Shown: positions 40,168 to 51,446 of the stretch, one piece after another
Layout of the letters: each line of letters begins with the position of its first letter
How positions within the stretch are numbered: position 1 is the first letter of the stretch
From: Candidatus Latescibacterota bacterium
GTDB taxonomy: Bacteria; Latescibacterota; UBA2968; UBA8231
DNA: 64,000 bases
Reading direction: 5' to 3'
Assembly: GCA_965197905.1 (NCBI GenBank)
Contig: CBDAOB010000005.1
Coordinates: forward strand, 1,984,001 to 2,048,000
Position numbers and translations under genes: made by a program
Notes under the pieces: model-generated
Seen by the model: only the letters and a program-made list of their open reading frames with translations
Told to the model about the DNA's origin: nothing
The model's database searches: none

Positions 40168-40794
40168 ATGAAGCGAGTCCTCGTTCTTTTTGCACATCCG
40201 GCGTTTCAAAAGTCGAGGGCCAGCAAGATACTGATCGAGGCGTACCGCGGAATGGAAATGCTTACGTTTCGCGACCTCTACGAGGAATACCCCGATTTCA
40301 ATATCGATATAGCGATGGAGCAGCGCCTGTTGGTGGAGAACGATATCGTGATCCTCCATCACCCATTCTACTGGTATAGCAGCCCCGCGCTCTTGAAGGA
40401 GTGGCTCGACCTGGTTCTCGAAGTCGGGTTCGCCTACGGCAAAGGCGGCACGGCTCTTCAGGGAAAGAGTTTGCTCACCGTGATTACGACGGGAGGCAAT
40501 CTGGAGGCGTATCGGGAAGATGGCTACAATCGTTTCTCCATCCGCGAATTTCTGATTCCCTTCGAACAGACGGCCACCCTTTGCGGCATGACTTACCTGC
40601 CGCCGTTCGTCGCCTGCGGGATGCATTCCGCTCAGCCGGCTCAGTCGATGGAGGAGCACACCGCGTCGCTGCGACAGATTCTGATCGCACTGCGAGATGG
40701 TGGATTGGAGGTCGCCCAGTTGCTACGGTACACATTCCTGAACGAGGCCTTGAAACTTCTAAACAACGGAAGCAGGGACGAGCATGCACGGTGA
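40168..40794 (+). CDS. Kef ancillary NAD(P)H oxidoreductase (KefF/KefG)
   Basis: VLFAHP, DLYEEYPDFNID, HPFYWYSSPALLKEWLD, PFEQTA.LCGM. Confidence 0.92.
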   Translation: MKRVLVLFAHPAFQKSRASKILIEAYRGMEMLTFRDLYEEYPDFNIDIAMEQRLLVENDIVILHHPFYWYSSPALLKEWLDLVLEVGFAYGKGGTALQGKSLLTVITTGGNLEAYREDGYNRFSIREFLIPFEQTATLCGMTYLPPFVACGMHSAQPAQSMEEHTASLRQILIALRDGGLEVAQLLRYTFLNEALKLLNNGSRDEHAR

Positions 40795-42670
40795 CGGATT
40801 TTTCTATCAAGCTTTCGTCTATCTGTTGGCCGCAGTGGTTTCGGTCCCCATCGCCAAGAAGCTTGGCCTCGGCTCGGTCCTTGGCTACCTGACTGCCGGC
40901 GTCGTGATCGGTCCATTCGCCCTTGGTTTGGTTGGAGCCGAAGGACAGGATGTGATGCACTTCGCCGAATTCGGCGTCGTCATGATGTTGTTTCTGGTCG
41001 GCCTGGAGTTGCAGCCATCTCTACTGTGGAAGCTGAAAGCTCCCATCCTGGGTATGGGAGGGCTTCAGGTAGGCGCAACCGCCGGTGTCATCGCGGTGGT
41101 CGGATTGGCACTTGGGTTCGCGTGGCAAGTAACAGTTGCCGTCGGGTTGATCCTGGCCTTGTCTTCCACCGCGATCGTGCTCCAGAGTCTGGCCGAAAAA
41201 GGTTTGATGAAAACTCCTGGAGGTGAGCGTTGTTTCTCAGTCCTCCTGTTCCAGGACATCTCGGTCATCCCCGTGTTGGCGATTCTCCCCATGCTCGCCG
41301 TGAGCACCATCGCTGGCGCCGACGGCAGTCATGACGGCATTGGCGCTTTGCCCGGGTGGCAACAGGCGTTGATCGTAGCGGCACTTATCGGACTCATCGT
41401 CGTGGGCGGCAAGCTTCTGGTACGCCCGGCTTTTCGATTGATCGCCGCCACCCGGTTGCGAGAGGTCTTCACCGCGGCTGCCCTTCTGCTGGTTATCGGC
41501 ATCGCCCTCGCCATGCAAAAGGTTGGGCTTTCTCCTGCCCTTGGCACCTTCCTCGCGGGAGTGGTGCTTGCCGAAAGCGAATATCGACACGAGTTGGAAT
41601 CGGATATCGAGCCGTTCAAAGGGCTCCTTCTGGGGCTCTTCTTCATCGCCGTCGGCGCGAGTATCGACTTCACGTTCTTGCGCGAGAACCCGCAATTGGT
41701 GACCCAGCTGGTTGTCGGGCTGGTGGCTGTGAAGTTGCTCGTACTCGCAGTGGTCGGGCGTCTGTTCCGACTCGAGTGGTCGCAGAATTTCCTGTTCACC
41801 TTCGCCCTTGCCCAGGGAGGAGAGTTCGCCTTCGTCCTGTTTTCTTTTGCGACCCAGAATGGGGTGCTTTCCCCGGAGATCGCCAACCCGCTTGTCGCTA
41901 CGGTAGCACTTTCCATGGCGACCACGCCGCTGCTCATGATCCTGAACGAGAAGTTTATCCAGCCCCGCTTCGCCGTTCCAAAACAGCAGGAAGCAGACCT
42001 CATCGAGGAACAGCACCCGGTGATCATCGCCGGATACGGTCGTTTTGGCCACATCGTTGGCCGCATGCTCAAAGCGAATGGGATCAACGCAACCGTGTTG
42101 GATCTGGACCCGGAGCAGATCGAAACCTTGGCCCGCTTCGGCATGAAGGTGTTTTACGGCGATGCAGCACGCCTAGACCTGTTGCACACCGCCGGATTGG
42201 ACAGGGCGAAGCTGCTTATTCTGGCCATCGACGATCCGGAAAAGTGCAATGGGTTGGTGGAGGCTGTGCGCCAGAGGCACCCCGAAATCGTGATCCTTGC
42301 TCGAGCGCATAGTTTGCACCACGCCTACGAGCTCACCCAAACCGGCGCCGACCAGGTCTTTCGAGAGACCCTGGACAGCGCCATAACGATGGGGGAAGAA
42401 GCCCTGAAGGCCGTCGGATTCCGTTCCTACCAAGCGCACCGTGCCGGCCGGATCTTCCGGAAACACGAACGGACGGCCATGGGGTCTCTGTTCAATTTGT
42501 GGGCGGAGGGAGAGTCGTTCTGGGATCATGCCCGTGAGCACGTGAGCGAGCTGGAGCGCATGATGCAGCAGGATCAACTCGACTTTGCCGAGGCAATGGA
42601 TCACGCCTGGGAAGCCGCCTCGCCGGAAACCGAAGAGGGTTCAGACGGCTCTACCGCTCCGTCTTCTTGA
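40784..42670 (+). CDS. Glutathione-regulated K+ efflux antiporter (KefB/KefC, CPA2 + KTN)
   Basis: [52 protein letters not shown]. Confidence 0.94.
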   Translation: MHGDGFFYQAFVYLLAAVVSVPIAKKLGLGSVLGYLTAGVVIGPFALGLVGAEGQDVMHFAEFGVVMMLFLVGLELQPSLLWKLKAPILGMGGLQVGATAGVIAVVGLALGFAWQVTVAVGLILALSSTAIVLQSLAEKGLMKTPGGERCFSVLLFQDISVIPVLAILPMLAVSTIAGADGSHDGIGALPGWQQALIVAALIGLIVVGGKLLVRPAFRLIAATRLREVFTAAALLLVIGIALAMQKVGLSPALGTFLAGVVLAESEYRHELESDIEPFKGLLLGLFFIAVGASIDFTFLRENPQLVTQLVVGLVAVKLLVLAVVGRLFRLEWSQNFLFTFALAQGGEFAFVLFSFATQNGVLSPEIANPLVATVALSMATTPLLMILNEKFIQPRFAVPKQQEADLIEEQHPVIIAGYGRFGHIVGRMLKANGINATVLDLDPEQIETLARFGMKVFYGDAARLDLLHTAGLDRAKLLILAIDDPEKCNGLVEAVRQRHPEIVILARAHSLHHAYELTQTGADQVFRETLDSAITMGEEALKAVGFRSYQAHRAGRIFRKHERTAMGSLFNLWAEGESFWDHAREHVSELERMMQQDQLDFAEAMDHAWEAASPETEEGSDGSTAPSS

Positions 42671-44123
42671 GGCCTTTCAGCTCGAGCGCTTGAGGGTGAT
42701 CCTTGTAGAACGGATCCAACGGATAACAACCCGAGAGGAGCCCGTTTCGGGGCGCGGTCGTACAATCGCTGAAGGTCCGGCAGATTCGTTTTCGTTCCAC
42801 CTTGCCCTCCCCCAGCACATGGGCGGGCAGGTCCCAATACGATAGGATCATTCGCCCCAACCCTACGAAGTCGACGTTTCCGGCCCTAACTTCAGCCTGC
42901 GCCACGTGCGGCAGATACTCCTGCAGATAGCTGTACCCCGAACCAACGACCCCCATCTCTGGAAAGTTTTGTTTGATCTCGGCCGTCGCCCACAGCTGGC
43001 GCACGACTCCGGTTAACGGATCCTCGGGTGGCTGATAACCATCTGAAGGCGGGAAGAGCGCCGGCCGTTGAATATGGGGGTTGTAATACGGGCTGCCGGC
43101 CGAAACATTGAGCAGTTCGACGCCCCAATCCTGTAGCGCTCGAACAAAACGCAGGGTTTCGGACAGGTCGATCTGCAGCGGGTCGTCGGGCGACACGCCG
43201 AATCCCCAGTCATAGGGCAGCGAGCGGTCGTATCGTTCGGGGATGCCGGGACCCAACCCGTGTTTCCTGTTTGCTTCCGGATCGGGGCGGAAGGGAATGA
43301 AATCAAAAGCACTCAGCCTGACACCCAAACACAGTTGGGGTGCAACAGCGCGAATGCCCTGGAGAATCTCGCGGCAGAACCGGGTCCGGTTCTCGAACGA
43401 TCCACCAAACTCACCGGGCCGGTCTCGAGCGCTGAGGAATTCGTGGCCCAGATAGCCGTGGCAATGTTTCACATCCACGAATTGATATCCCTCTTCGTGG
43501 GCAATGCGAGCCGCCTCGATATAGCGCTCGATCAGGCGTCGTATGTAGTCGTCGTCGAGTAGGGGATAATCGGCGGGGAGATTGAACTTCTGATCGAGAA
43601 TGGGATGGTGATACAGGATCGCCGGCTCCATCCGGTCCTTGCGAAAGGGTCGGCAAAATCGACCAGAATGAGTCAACTGCAGCCCGATCAACAAATCGTC
43701 CGTATTGCCGAAGGCTTCCCTGTGGGCTCCCAGCAGGATCTGCCGCAGTTCGGCCAAACCACTCCGGGTTTCAGGGGTGGCCAAGAGTTGATTGGGGTTG
43801 GCCCGGCCTTCTGGGCAAACGGCAAACGCTTCCCCACCCCAGACCAACTTCGCCCCACTCAACCCGAAATTGTGCCACCTTCTTCGTACGTACTCGGTTG
43901 GCAGACCGTCTTCCGTCCCGTCCCACCCCTCCATCGGTTGGACGGCGAAGCGGTTGCCGATAGCGAGGTCGCCAAGGCGGTAGGGCTGGGCAAGAGGAGA
44001 CTCAGGCGCCCGAAGGATGCGGTCGTCACAGTCCAGATCGACTCCCAAGTCTTGGGTATGAGCCAGTAGGTCCGCGCTCTGTTTGAAACTGGAGATGCGC
44101 CGAAAACGGACGCCGTCAGGCAT
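42651..44123 (-). CDS. NADH:flavin oxidoreductase (Old Yellow Enzyme family)
   Basis: [47 protein letters not shown]-terminal CRTFSDC; start set at ATG 44123. Confidence 0.9.
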   Translation of the reverse strand: MPDGVRFRRISSFKQSADLLAHTQDLGVDLDCDDRILRAPESPLAQPYRLGDLAIGNRFAVQPMEGWDGTEDGLPTEYVRRRWHNFGLSGAKLVWGGEAFAVCPEGRANPNQLLATPETRSGLAELRQILLGAHREAFGNTDDLLIGLQLTHSGRFCRPFRKDRMEPAILYHHPILDQKFNLPADYPLLDDDYIRRLIERYIEAARIAHEEGYQFVDVKHCHGYLGHEFLSARDRPGEFGGSFENRTRFCREILQGIRAVAPQLCLGVRLSAFDFIPFRPDPEANRKHGLGPGIPERYDRSLPYDWGFGVSPDDPLQIDLSETLRFVRALQDWGVELLNVSAGSPYYNPHIQRPALFPPSDGYQPPEDPLTGVVRQLWATAEIKQNFPEMGVVGSGYSYLQEYLPHVAQAEVRAGNVDFVGLGRMILSYWDLPAHVLGEGKVERKRICRTFSDCTTAPRNGLLSGCYPLDPFYKDHPQALELKGLKKTER

Positions 44124-44889
44124 TTCGCTGTGCTGCCGCTTCCGACCCGCGAAGGAGAGAATATCCGAGGCCGAATCCAACGAGAATCAGACAAAGGCTG
44201 ATCAGCTGGGCCGCGGTCAGGATGCCGACCACCTTGGGATTGATGCGCACGAACTCGACGACGAACCGGGCGCCCCCCGCAAGAATCAGATAGAGACAGA
44301 ACGAAACGCCCGGCGTTGTGATGCGTACGCGAGTAGACCACAACAACGAAAAGATACCAAGACCCATTAGAGTTTCATAGACCGGCGCCGGATGAACCAG
44401 CTCCAGGGTGGGCACGACCCCGTTGGGATAAGCCATCGCCCATGGTAGATCCGTCGGGCCGCCGTAGTCCCCGTCCCCCGCCAATTGGCACCCAATGCGA
44501 CCGACGGCATACGCCAGCGCTAGGGCGATTCCGATCGCATCCGCGACCGGCGCAATCGGCACCCCTCGGCGACGGATGATGGCGATAGCTGTTATCGCGG
44601 CAACGGCAAATCCCCCGTAGAAGGTCACGCCGCTGCCGGAAAAGAGCACGTCGAGGGTTTGTCGCCAGGTGTAGTCCGAGGGGGTCTCGAATAGAACGAA
44701 ATAGATCTTGGCCCCGACCAGGCCGCCTATCATTGCTCCGGTTATGAGCGACTCCGCCAACTCGGGCTCAAGCTCTTTGCGGCGAAATTCTGCTTTTAGA
44801 ACGAGGAGCGCCGACAAAAAAGCGAGGGCCACCATAACCCCGAAACTGCCAATGGTGACCGGCCCGATCTCCGCGAGGTAGGGATACAT
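44116..44889 (-). CDS. lgt: Prolipoprotein diacylglyceryl transferase family protein
   Basis: MYP.L...[42 protein letters not shown]. Confidence 0.88.
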   Translation of the reverse strand: MYPYLAEIGPVTIGSFGVMVALAFLSALLVLKAEFRRKELEPELAESLITGAMIGGLVGAKIYFVLFETPSDYTWRQTLDVLFSGSGVTFYGGFAVAAITAIAIIRRRGVPIAPVADAIGIALALAYAVGRIGCQLAGDGDYGGPTDLPWAMAYPNGVVPTLELVHPAPVYETLMGLGIFSLLWSTRVRITTPGVSFCLYLILAGGARFVVEFVRINPKVVGILTAAQLISLCLILVGFGLGYSLLRGSEAAAQRNA

Positions 44890-44895
44890 ACGATG

Positions 44896-46560
44896 TCAGC
44901 CGGCAGGCGTTGCCTCTGCCGATTCGTCCGCGAGGAGAGGATCAGTGCCGTTCCCCTCCTTCAACACGTGCTTTCTGAGCCCGGGAAGGTGAATCTCTTT
45001 GTAATACTGCTCCCAGCGAATGCATCTCACGTCCATGTTGAAGTGCTGTTGCTCCTGGGCCGGAAGCGATTCGAAAAGCGCAAGGAGCGATTTGGTTTCG
45101 AAACGACAGTCCAGAAAGGTGTACGGGCTGAAGAGGTTTGTGTAATACAGAACCCGCTCCAGGCGTTTTTTCTGCGCGTTCAGACGACGCCTGACGCGGT
45201 TTGATGTCGGCCCGCTTGGCAATCGGTCAATCAACCACTGCCCCACAGCCACCGGAAACTGGTATTTCACAAACATCTTTCTGCTGAATCGGCGTCGGCT
45301 AGGCAAGGTCAGCGGTTTCAGCACCGGCACCTTGCCCTTCTTGTTGTGCATGGGATGATCGAGAAAGTACTCCCGTACATAGGAGAACATGGTGGCGTTT
45401 AGGAGTGGATTCTCGCCGCTGGTTGCTACCTGATAGACGCGGACCTGGTCAGCCGTCGCCTGGGTAGCCGACCCGACCACGGCATTGACGACGATATCGA
45501 CGGGAATCATGTCCAGAGCAGAATCGGGACTCGCCGGGAAATCGGGCAAAACTCCCTTGCCGTAGGCGACTACTAGTGGATCGCCCACCTTTAATCCGCT
45601 TATCCACCCGGGTTCTGGGTCTTCCAGGCTGCTTTCGATAATGCTGGGCCGGACGATTACAACCGGAATGGAGTCGCGCTTCTTTACCAACATCTGTTCA
45701 CCCATCGCCTTGGTAAAGGTGTAGATGTCGTTCCAGCCGTAGGCTTTCGCCCGACGCATTCCTTCGCCCACCAGCCGATCGTGAATCCAACGTTGAGCTT
45801 TGCCCTCGATAAGCTTTTCACGTCTTGAATCGCTGACCTTACGCGCGCCGTTCTGCTGTAGCACCTCCCGCTCGAATACCTTTCGTATCGGCGCTGAAGA
45901 GGCTTCCCGGCGAACCCCGACACAGAAATCGAAACAGGTCTTGATTTCGGCCTCCGGATCAAAGGTGTCTGCATTGGAATTGGCCTTGAGTTGAGCAATC
46001 GTGCGGTCCAACGGCAACGGCTCTTCAGGGATGCTTCCGGTGAGACAGCCGTTGACGTAGGCGGTCGAGACGTGCACGAGCACGGGATCCTTCCGGCATC
46101 CATGGATGAACTCAAGGATGCGCTGCGGCCCCAGGGTATTCAATTCGATGGAGAGATCTAGGGGCGCATCGAACTCCACTGTCGCCGCCACGTTTAACAC
46201 GAGATCGACATCGGATTGAAGATCGGCGTAGAGGCTGTCGTCGATACCAAGTCGATGCTGGGAGATATCCCCCTGCACCGCCACAACCTTCGCTCGTACC
46301 CGCTGATACTCCTCGGGCTCCGAGCGTTTGAATCCCTCCAACACGCTAGAATTGAAGAATTCCTCTTCGAGGCGCTCGGTCGCCGACAAGGTAGCACCAC
46401 CGCGGCCCTTCTTGGACCTTACCAGGACGTAGAGACGCCGCACCTGGGACAGGTCGCGCAGAATCTTGGAAGCGATCGCCTGGCCCAGGAAACCGGTAAC
46501 CCCGGTTAGCAGGATGGTGCGATTCTGGTAGAATTCGGTTATCACGTTACAATCTAGCAC
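44896..46560 (-). CDS. Fatty acyl-CoA reductase (male-sterility NAD-binding domain + Sterile C-domain)
   Basis: LLTGVTGFLG, AATVEFD, HVSTAYV, YTFTK (YxxxK), IVRPSIIES, IPVDIVVN, HLPGL. Confidence 0.9.
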   Translation of the reverse strand: MLDCNVITEFYQNRTILLTGVTGFLGQAIASKILRDLSQVRRLYVLVRSKKGRGGATLSATERLEEEFFNSSVLEGFKRSEPEEYQRVRAKVVAVQGDISQHRLGIDDSLYADLQSDVDLVLNVAATVEFDAPLDLSIELNTLGPQRILEFIHGCRKDPVLVHVSTAYVNGCLTGSIPEEPLPLDRTIAQLKANSNADTFDPEAEIKTCFDFCVGVRREASSAPIRKVFEREVLQQNGARKVSDSRREKLIEGKAQRWIHDRLVGEGMRRAKAYGWNDIYTFTKAMGEQMLVKKRDSIPVVIVRPSIIESSLEDPEPGWISGLKVGDPLVVAYGKGVLPDFPASPDSALDMIPVDIVVNAVVGSATQATADQVRVYQVATSGENPLLNATMFSYVREYFLDHPMHNKKGKVPVLKPLTLPSRRRFSRKMFVKYQFPVAVGQWLIDRLPSGPTSNRVRRRLNAQKKRLERVLYYTNLFSPYTFLDCRFETKSLLALFESLPAQEQQHFNMDVRCIRWEQYYKEIHLPGLRKHVLKEGNGTDPLLADESAEATPAG

Positions 46561-47049
46561 TGGAGAGCCCCTGTTGCATCATCTGGCAACAGGGGCTCCT
46601 CGGCGAATTCAAACAACGCCTAAGGTGTCGTTTAGATTGGACTTAAAGATAGTTGCGCTAGGCTTCAGCCACAAGGTGATGCCAGAGACTCCGACTCATT
46701 GTTTTCGGCCTCCGATCCTGATTCAGCCGCGTTTGGCTCCGCCGACAACCCCTGGTAGGTGATGTACGGATGGGGCCAAGAGGCTTTGATTTCGGCGCGA
46801 AGATCCGCTGCCTCGCGGCTGACCGGCGACCTTCGCTTTTCGGAATTCCCGCTCATGTCGACAAAGATAGGAGGTGGGGGCGGGCACAGCAATTCCGTTG
46901 GCGCTGGTTGCCCCACTTGCATACGTCGTAGATCGCCGGCAATGGCGGCAACTGACGCCCAGGACGGCATTTACTTGATCCTGAACGGCGTATTGGCCAT
47001 ATTCCAAATCTCGAATCACGTCCCCTAACTCCTGCTCATACCAGACCTC

Positions 47050-48018
47050 ATGGCTACGAAAGCACAGAGAGTACGCTTAGCTCTCTTTTTTGTCGTTTCC
47101 GGAGGTGTGCTTGCCCTATTCCTCATAGTCGTTGGAGGGGCACACCTGTTGGAAGAGCGGGAAAAATACCTAGTCGAGTTCGCCGGCATCTCCGTCGGTG
47201 GTCTGCGCAAAGGGTCGAAGGTAAAATACCAGGGCATCGACGTTGGACGCGTCGAGAGGACCTACATATCTGCCGTGGATCTGACCACGGTCGTGGTCGA
47301 GATAACGGTCGAGGTCGACAAGGTACCCAGCGTCATCAGAGTGGACACGGAGGCCAGCCTGCATTCTCAGGGAATAACCGGGATCAAGTATATCGAGCTC
47401 ATCGCCGGAACCCCGGACGCGGCGCTGCTACCGCCGGGTTCCAGAATTCGGGCGAGCGACTCATTCCTGGCCAATCTGGAAGAGCGGGCGGATCTGCTTA
47501 CCCAGAAGGTTGAGCATACCCTCAACAACGTCATCCAGCTGACGGGCGGGGAAAATCGTCGGCATTTCTCGCGTTTTCTGTCCAACGGTGGTGATTTCAT
47601 GTCAACCGCCAACCAGCTGGCCACGGAGAATCGCGAGTCGCTCAACAGGACCTTCGAGAATCTCGCCGCAATGACCGAATCCCTGGCCAGCGCGACCTTA
47701 ACCTTTGCCGCCACCATGGAAGCGGTTCACGGATTGGTAGCCGGTGAAGGGCTCGCGGCGGCGGCCACCGATCTTCAGGTGAGCGCACGTCAGCTCCGCC
47801 TCCAGATGGAAGGGCCGGTACCACAGCTGATAACGAATCTCAACGAGACCGTGAAGCAGGCGAATCTGGCTTTCTCCCACGTCGACCGCACAGTGGTGCA
47901 AAGCCGCTCGAATATTCTTCGCGCCATGCAGGACCTGGAGGAAACCCTGCAGAACATCCGCCAGACGACGGAGGTGATTCGCGAGAATCCTTCCGTGCTC
48001 ATTCGGGGTAAGCAGTGA
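47050..48018 (+). CDS. MCE/MlaD-family protein with long helical C-terminus
   Basis: TM, GLRKGSKVKYQGIDVGRV, QGITGIKYIEL, ENPSVLIRG. Confidence 0.9.
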   Translation: MATKAQRVRLALFFVVSGGVLALFLIVVGGAHLLEEREKYLVEFAGISVGGLRKGSKVKYQGIDVGRVERTYISAVDLTTVVVEITVEVDKVPSVIRVDTEASLHSQGITGIKYIELIAGTPDAALLPPGSRIRASDSFLANLEERADLLTQKVEHTLNNVIQLTGGENRRHFSRFLSNGGDFMSTANQLATENRESLNRTFENLAAMTESLASATLTFAATMEAVHGLVAGEGLAAAATDLQVSARQLRLQMEGPVPQLITNLNETVKQANLAFSHVDRTVVQSRSNILRAMQDLEETLQNIRQTTEVIRENPSVLIRGKQ

Positions 48019-48809
48019 AGATGGCGAAATCGACGGATCGGCCTCGGATTCGACGCTGTGTGGCGTTGGTCTCGCTTCTGGCCTTGCTGGGGATTGGTTG
48101 CACCCAGCTGATCGGAGGCAAGGCAGAGATCCGGCAGAATCGGCTCTATCTGATCGAGGCGAAGACGATCAGGAGCTTTCTCGAAGGCTCGGAAAGACCC
48201 TACCCCCTGGTGGTCGAAATCGAGACGTTCAGCGTAGCCCGCGCGTACAACCGGAACGAGATCATCTTTCGTCGGAACGAACTGGAGATCCAGCTGGACA
48301 AGGGCCATACCTGGGCGGTGCGCCCCGCGGACATGATCACCGACGCGGTGGGGCAGTATCTGAAAGACTCCAATCTGTTCTCGCTGGTCGGACGCGATTT
48401 CATCGAACAGGAAGCGGACTTCACCTTGAGCGGCACGGTGAAAACCATCGAACGTTACGACAGTGGCGACATCTGGTTCGCACGATTGGCAATCTCCATG
48501 CGCCTGGTGAGACGTTCCGACTCGAGGGTAATTTGGCGCAAGGACTTCGACGAGGAACGCCAGGTCTACAACGCCGATATGACCTTCACCATTGAAGCCA
48601 TGCGCGAGATTCTCCGGCAGCAGATGGAGATCACGATCAAAGAAATCGATCTGGCCTTCCTGAACCAGAGACGGCAGAAGGAAGGTCGTCCGCTTATCGA
48701 GCTTTCCGCCTTCGCAAACGGACGTCCCGTCAAAACTCTCAACGACACCCTAGACATCGTCGACGAGCCGGTACACTTCGAGCTCATTCCCGGCAAACGA
48801 GTGGAATAA
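48015..48809 (+). CDS. PqiC-like ABC auxiliary lipoprotein
   Basis: Lipobox LGIGC, Y....IIFR, W...PADMI; position within an MCE operon. Confidence 0.8.
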   Translation: MKMAKSTDRPRIRRCVALVSLLALLGIGCTQLIGGKAEIRQNRLYLIEAKTIRSFLEGSERPYPLVVEIETFSVARAYNRNEIIFRRNELEIQLDKGHTWAVRPADMITDAVGQYLKDSNLFSLVGRDFIEQEADFTLSGTVKTIERYDSGDIWFARLAISMRLVRRSDSRVIWRKDFDEERQVYNADMTFTIEAMREILRQQMEITIKEIDLAFLNQRRQKEGRPLIELSAFANGRPVKTLNDTLDIVDEPVHFELIPGKRVE

Positions 48810-48811
48810 CC

Positions 48812-50323
48812 ATGGTCAACCGCCTGACTATCTCCTCGTTGATCTTGTTGTTCGCTACCCTTCTGCCCCTCGGGGCTGACGAGGGCACCTGGATTGCCCC
48901 CCCATCCCGCGGTCAGCTCGAAAGGGATACGACCCTGATGCCCAAAGGGAAGGGGTTTCTGTTTGTACCGTACATGACGAGCCCGCTGACCGAGCCGAAT
49001 TACCTGGTGTATCAAGAGGGCAAAAAGATCGCAGAAGAGAAGATGGGCTTGGGCGTGCTTTTGTCGCCGGGCGAGTACGATATCCTGGTCGGATCCGGTC
49101 CAATTCCGCAGATGATGAGCACCCAGGTGAGAGTCGTGGAGGGATTCACCTCCCTGCTCAAGTCCTTCTGGGGCGGTCTGATCATCGAGGTTATTGACCA
49201 GAACCGAACCTCCATAAACGAGTCGTACGAGCTCTTCGGAGTGAGCAGCCAGGAAAACTACGGCATTGGATTCGGGATAGAGGAGGAGCGCGGCGAGGCA
49301 GTGCGCACCTGGTTGCTCCCCGCCGGCACCTACGAAGTCGTTCGCGTTGGTGACAACATCTCTACCACCCGAAAGTTCAGCGTGCGTTTGGAGCCGGGTG
49401 AGCTCGTTCAACGCAACCTGGTGGTGGACGAAGACAACTTCGTCGGCTTCTACCCGCCCAGCCTGCAACTGCGTACCGATCGCTCGAAATCAGCGTGGAA
49501 AAGCGCCGTTGAGTTGAGTGGATCAACCCTGTTCAACACTACCCAGAACACAGCGGGTGAGGATCGGTCCAGCGTTTCGTTTTCGGGTCAGGTTCTGACC
49601 AGCAGCCGCTACCTGTCAGAGCGGCACCTGGCGTTGCTTCGAGTTATCCTGGAGGAGGGCCTCACCAAAGAGGGCAACGACGACTTCCGCAAGTCCATCG
49701 ACGAGCTGGAGGTACGCGGCACATACATATACCGGCTTTCACAACGCCTGGGACCGTATCTCCGCGGCGTCGTGAACACCAAGGTTTTTGCCACCGACGT
49801 GCGCTACGACCAGCCCGCAACCCTACATCTGGTAAATACAGAGGGCGATACGACGAGCACCCTGACCGAGATATCCGATTTTACCTTGTCGAAATCGCTA
49901 ACGCCCATGCGATTGCGCCAGGGCATGGGCATCAACTCCGACCTGTATCAGAGCTTTCCATTGAACGTCGATGTTCGCATCGGCTTGGGTGCGCGCCAGA
50001 CCTCTTACCCCTCCGACGCATACGACCTGCGCGCCGATCGCGGCAGCGCACAGCTCCTGAAGAGTGCCTCCAGCACCGGATTGGAGGCTGTCATCGTGAT
50101 GGACGCTCGTTTGAGCACGAATCTAAGCCTGGACGCTGAATTCGAGATTCTCATGCCGTCTGCCACGACCAGCTCGTGGGAATTCACTTGGGAAAACCGC
50201 CTGCGGGTAAATCTCTCGCGCTATATCAATATGGATATCGTGTTGGATTTCGCCCGTGAAAAACCGCTCAAGCGAATTCAGTCCCGGCAGCAGGTGCTGC
50301 TGCGTTTCGTTTGGCTGCTCTAA
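48812..50323 (+). CDS. Secreted protein with two N-terminal beta domains and a probable C-terminal outer-membrane beta-barrel
   Basis: Signal peptide; repeated LLSPGEYDILVG / LLPAGTYEVVRVG; amphipathic beta strands ending QQVLLRFVWLL. Confidence 0.6.
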   Translation: MVNRLTISSLILLFATLLPLGADEGTWIAPPSRGQLERDTTLMPKGKGFLFVPYMTSPLTEPNYLVYQEGKKIAEEKMGLGVLLSPGEYDILVGSGPIPQMMSTQVRVVEGFTSLLKSFWGGLIIEVIDQNRTSINESYELFGVSSQENYGIGFGIEEERGEAVRTWLLPAGTYEVVRVGDNISTTRKFSVRLEPGELVQRNLVVDEDNFVGFYPPSLQLRTDRSKSAWKSAVELSGSTLFNTTQNTAGEDRSSVSFSGQVLTSSRYLSERHLALLRVILEEGLTKEGNDDFRKSIDELEVRGTYIYRLSQRLGPYLRGVVNTKVFATDVRYDQPATLHLVNTEGDTTSTLTEISDFTLSKSLTPMRLRQGMGINSDLYQSFPLNVDVRIGLGARQTSYPSDAYDLRADRGSAQLLKSASSTGLEAVIVMDARLSTNLSLDAEFEILMPSATTSSWEFTWENRLRVNLSRYINMDIVLDFAREKPLKRIQSRQQVLLRFVWLL

Positions 50324-50351
50324 GAGCCGGTGGTGAAAGGGCACGAGCTCA

Positions 50352-51446
50352 ATGAATCAGGTTCTCTGCGACGGGTCGGGCATTAGGCTCCTGGGGAATC
50401 TGGATCTCGACACCGTGGGATCCGTCGAACGGCGGCTCACCGAACTCTTCCAGACCACCCCCCACAACACCTTCAACGCCGATGTCAGCGAACTGACCGG
50501 GCTGGATACGGCGGGCGCCGTCTTCCTGCAGCGACTTCCGGATTTGGCGGGTCGATGCGGGAAACAGATCGTGCTCACAGAGTTGCCGGACCAGCTGCGG
50601 GGGTTCTTCGAATTCATGCGGACCCCGGAGCGGCCGGCAACCGTGGAAGCTGTCCAACCAGAGTTCCTCGAACGGCTGGGGGAACGGTTGGAAAAGACAT
50701 TCCAGCGCGTGGCGGTGTTTCTCTACCTGATGACCGACCTCACCTGGTCGGCCGCCACGGGCCTGGTCAGGAAGTCCGGCGTTCGCCGTGGCAGCTTCGT
50801 CGAGCAAGGTTGGGCGATCGGCTCACAGGGGTTACCGATTATCGCCCTGATACTCTTTCTCGTGGGGGCGGTGTCTGCTCTGCAAGCGGCGGCGCAACTA
50901 CGCAAGTTCGGGGCCAACATCTTCGTAGCCGACCTCCTCGCCATCGGCGTTTGCCGCGAGCTCGGCCCGCTGATGACTGCCATCATCGTTTCCGGCCGCA
51001 GCGGTTCCGCCATCGCCGCCGAGGTCGCGACCATGAAGTTCACTGAGGAACTGGATGCCCTGCAGACCATGGCGCTGGACCCTCTACGATTTGTTGCAGT
51101 GCCGAAGCTCTGGGCGATGCTCATCTGCGTGCCCCTGCTGACCATCATGGCGAACCTGGCCGGCATCATGGGCGGCACCCTCGTCGGGGTGACCTACCTC
51201 GAAGTCGCTATGGGAGCTTTTGTCAATCAGATAGTCGAAGCGCTCGTTCTCAAGGACATTCTCACAGGGTTGGTAAAAAGCGTCTCATTCGCCTGGATGA
51301 TAACGATCATCGCCGTCTACCGGGGTTTGGCCTTCAGCGGCGGCGCGGCGGGTGTGGGAAACGCCACCACGTCCGCGGTAGTCTCTTCCATCTTTGGCAT
51401 AATCATACTCGACTCCTTCTGGGGTCTGCTGTTCTACATGCGATGA
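50352..51446 (+). CDS. MlaE-family ABC permease with N-terminal STAS domain
   Basis: LDTAGA (STAS), RELGPLMTAIIVSGRSGSAIAAE, VG.ATT.AVV. Confidence 0.93.
   Translation: MNQVLCDGSGIRLLGNLDLDTVGSVERRLTELFQTTPHNTFNADVSELTGLDTAGAVFLQRLPDLAGRCGKQIVLTELPDQLRGFFEFMRTPERPATVEAVQPEFLERLGERLEKTFQRVAVFLYLMTDLTWSAATGLVRKSGVRRGSFVEQGWAIGSQGLPIIALILFLVGAVSALQAAAQLRKFGANIFVADLLAIGVCRELGPLMTAIIVSGRSGSAIAAEVATMKFTEELDALQTMALDPLRFVAVPKLWAMLICVPLLTIMANLAGIMGGTLVGVTYLEVAMGAFVNQIVEALVLKDILTGLVKSVSFAWMITIIAVYRGLAFSGGAAGVGNATTSAVVSSIFGIIILDSFWGLLFYMR

Noticed and set aside
46600..47040. Riboswitch, ncRNA or small ORF (46665-46856, minus) between the FAR and MCE genes
   Set aside because: No recognisable riboswitch or RNA-family motif, and the short ORFs have no SD or family signature. 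An Rfam scan would settle it.
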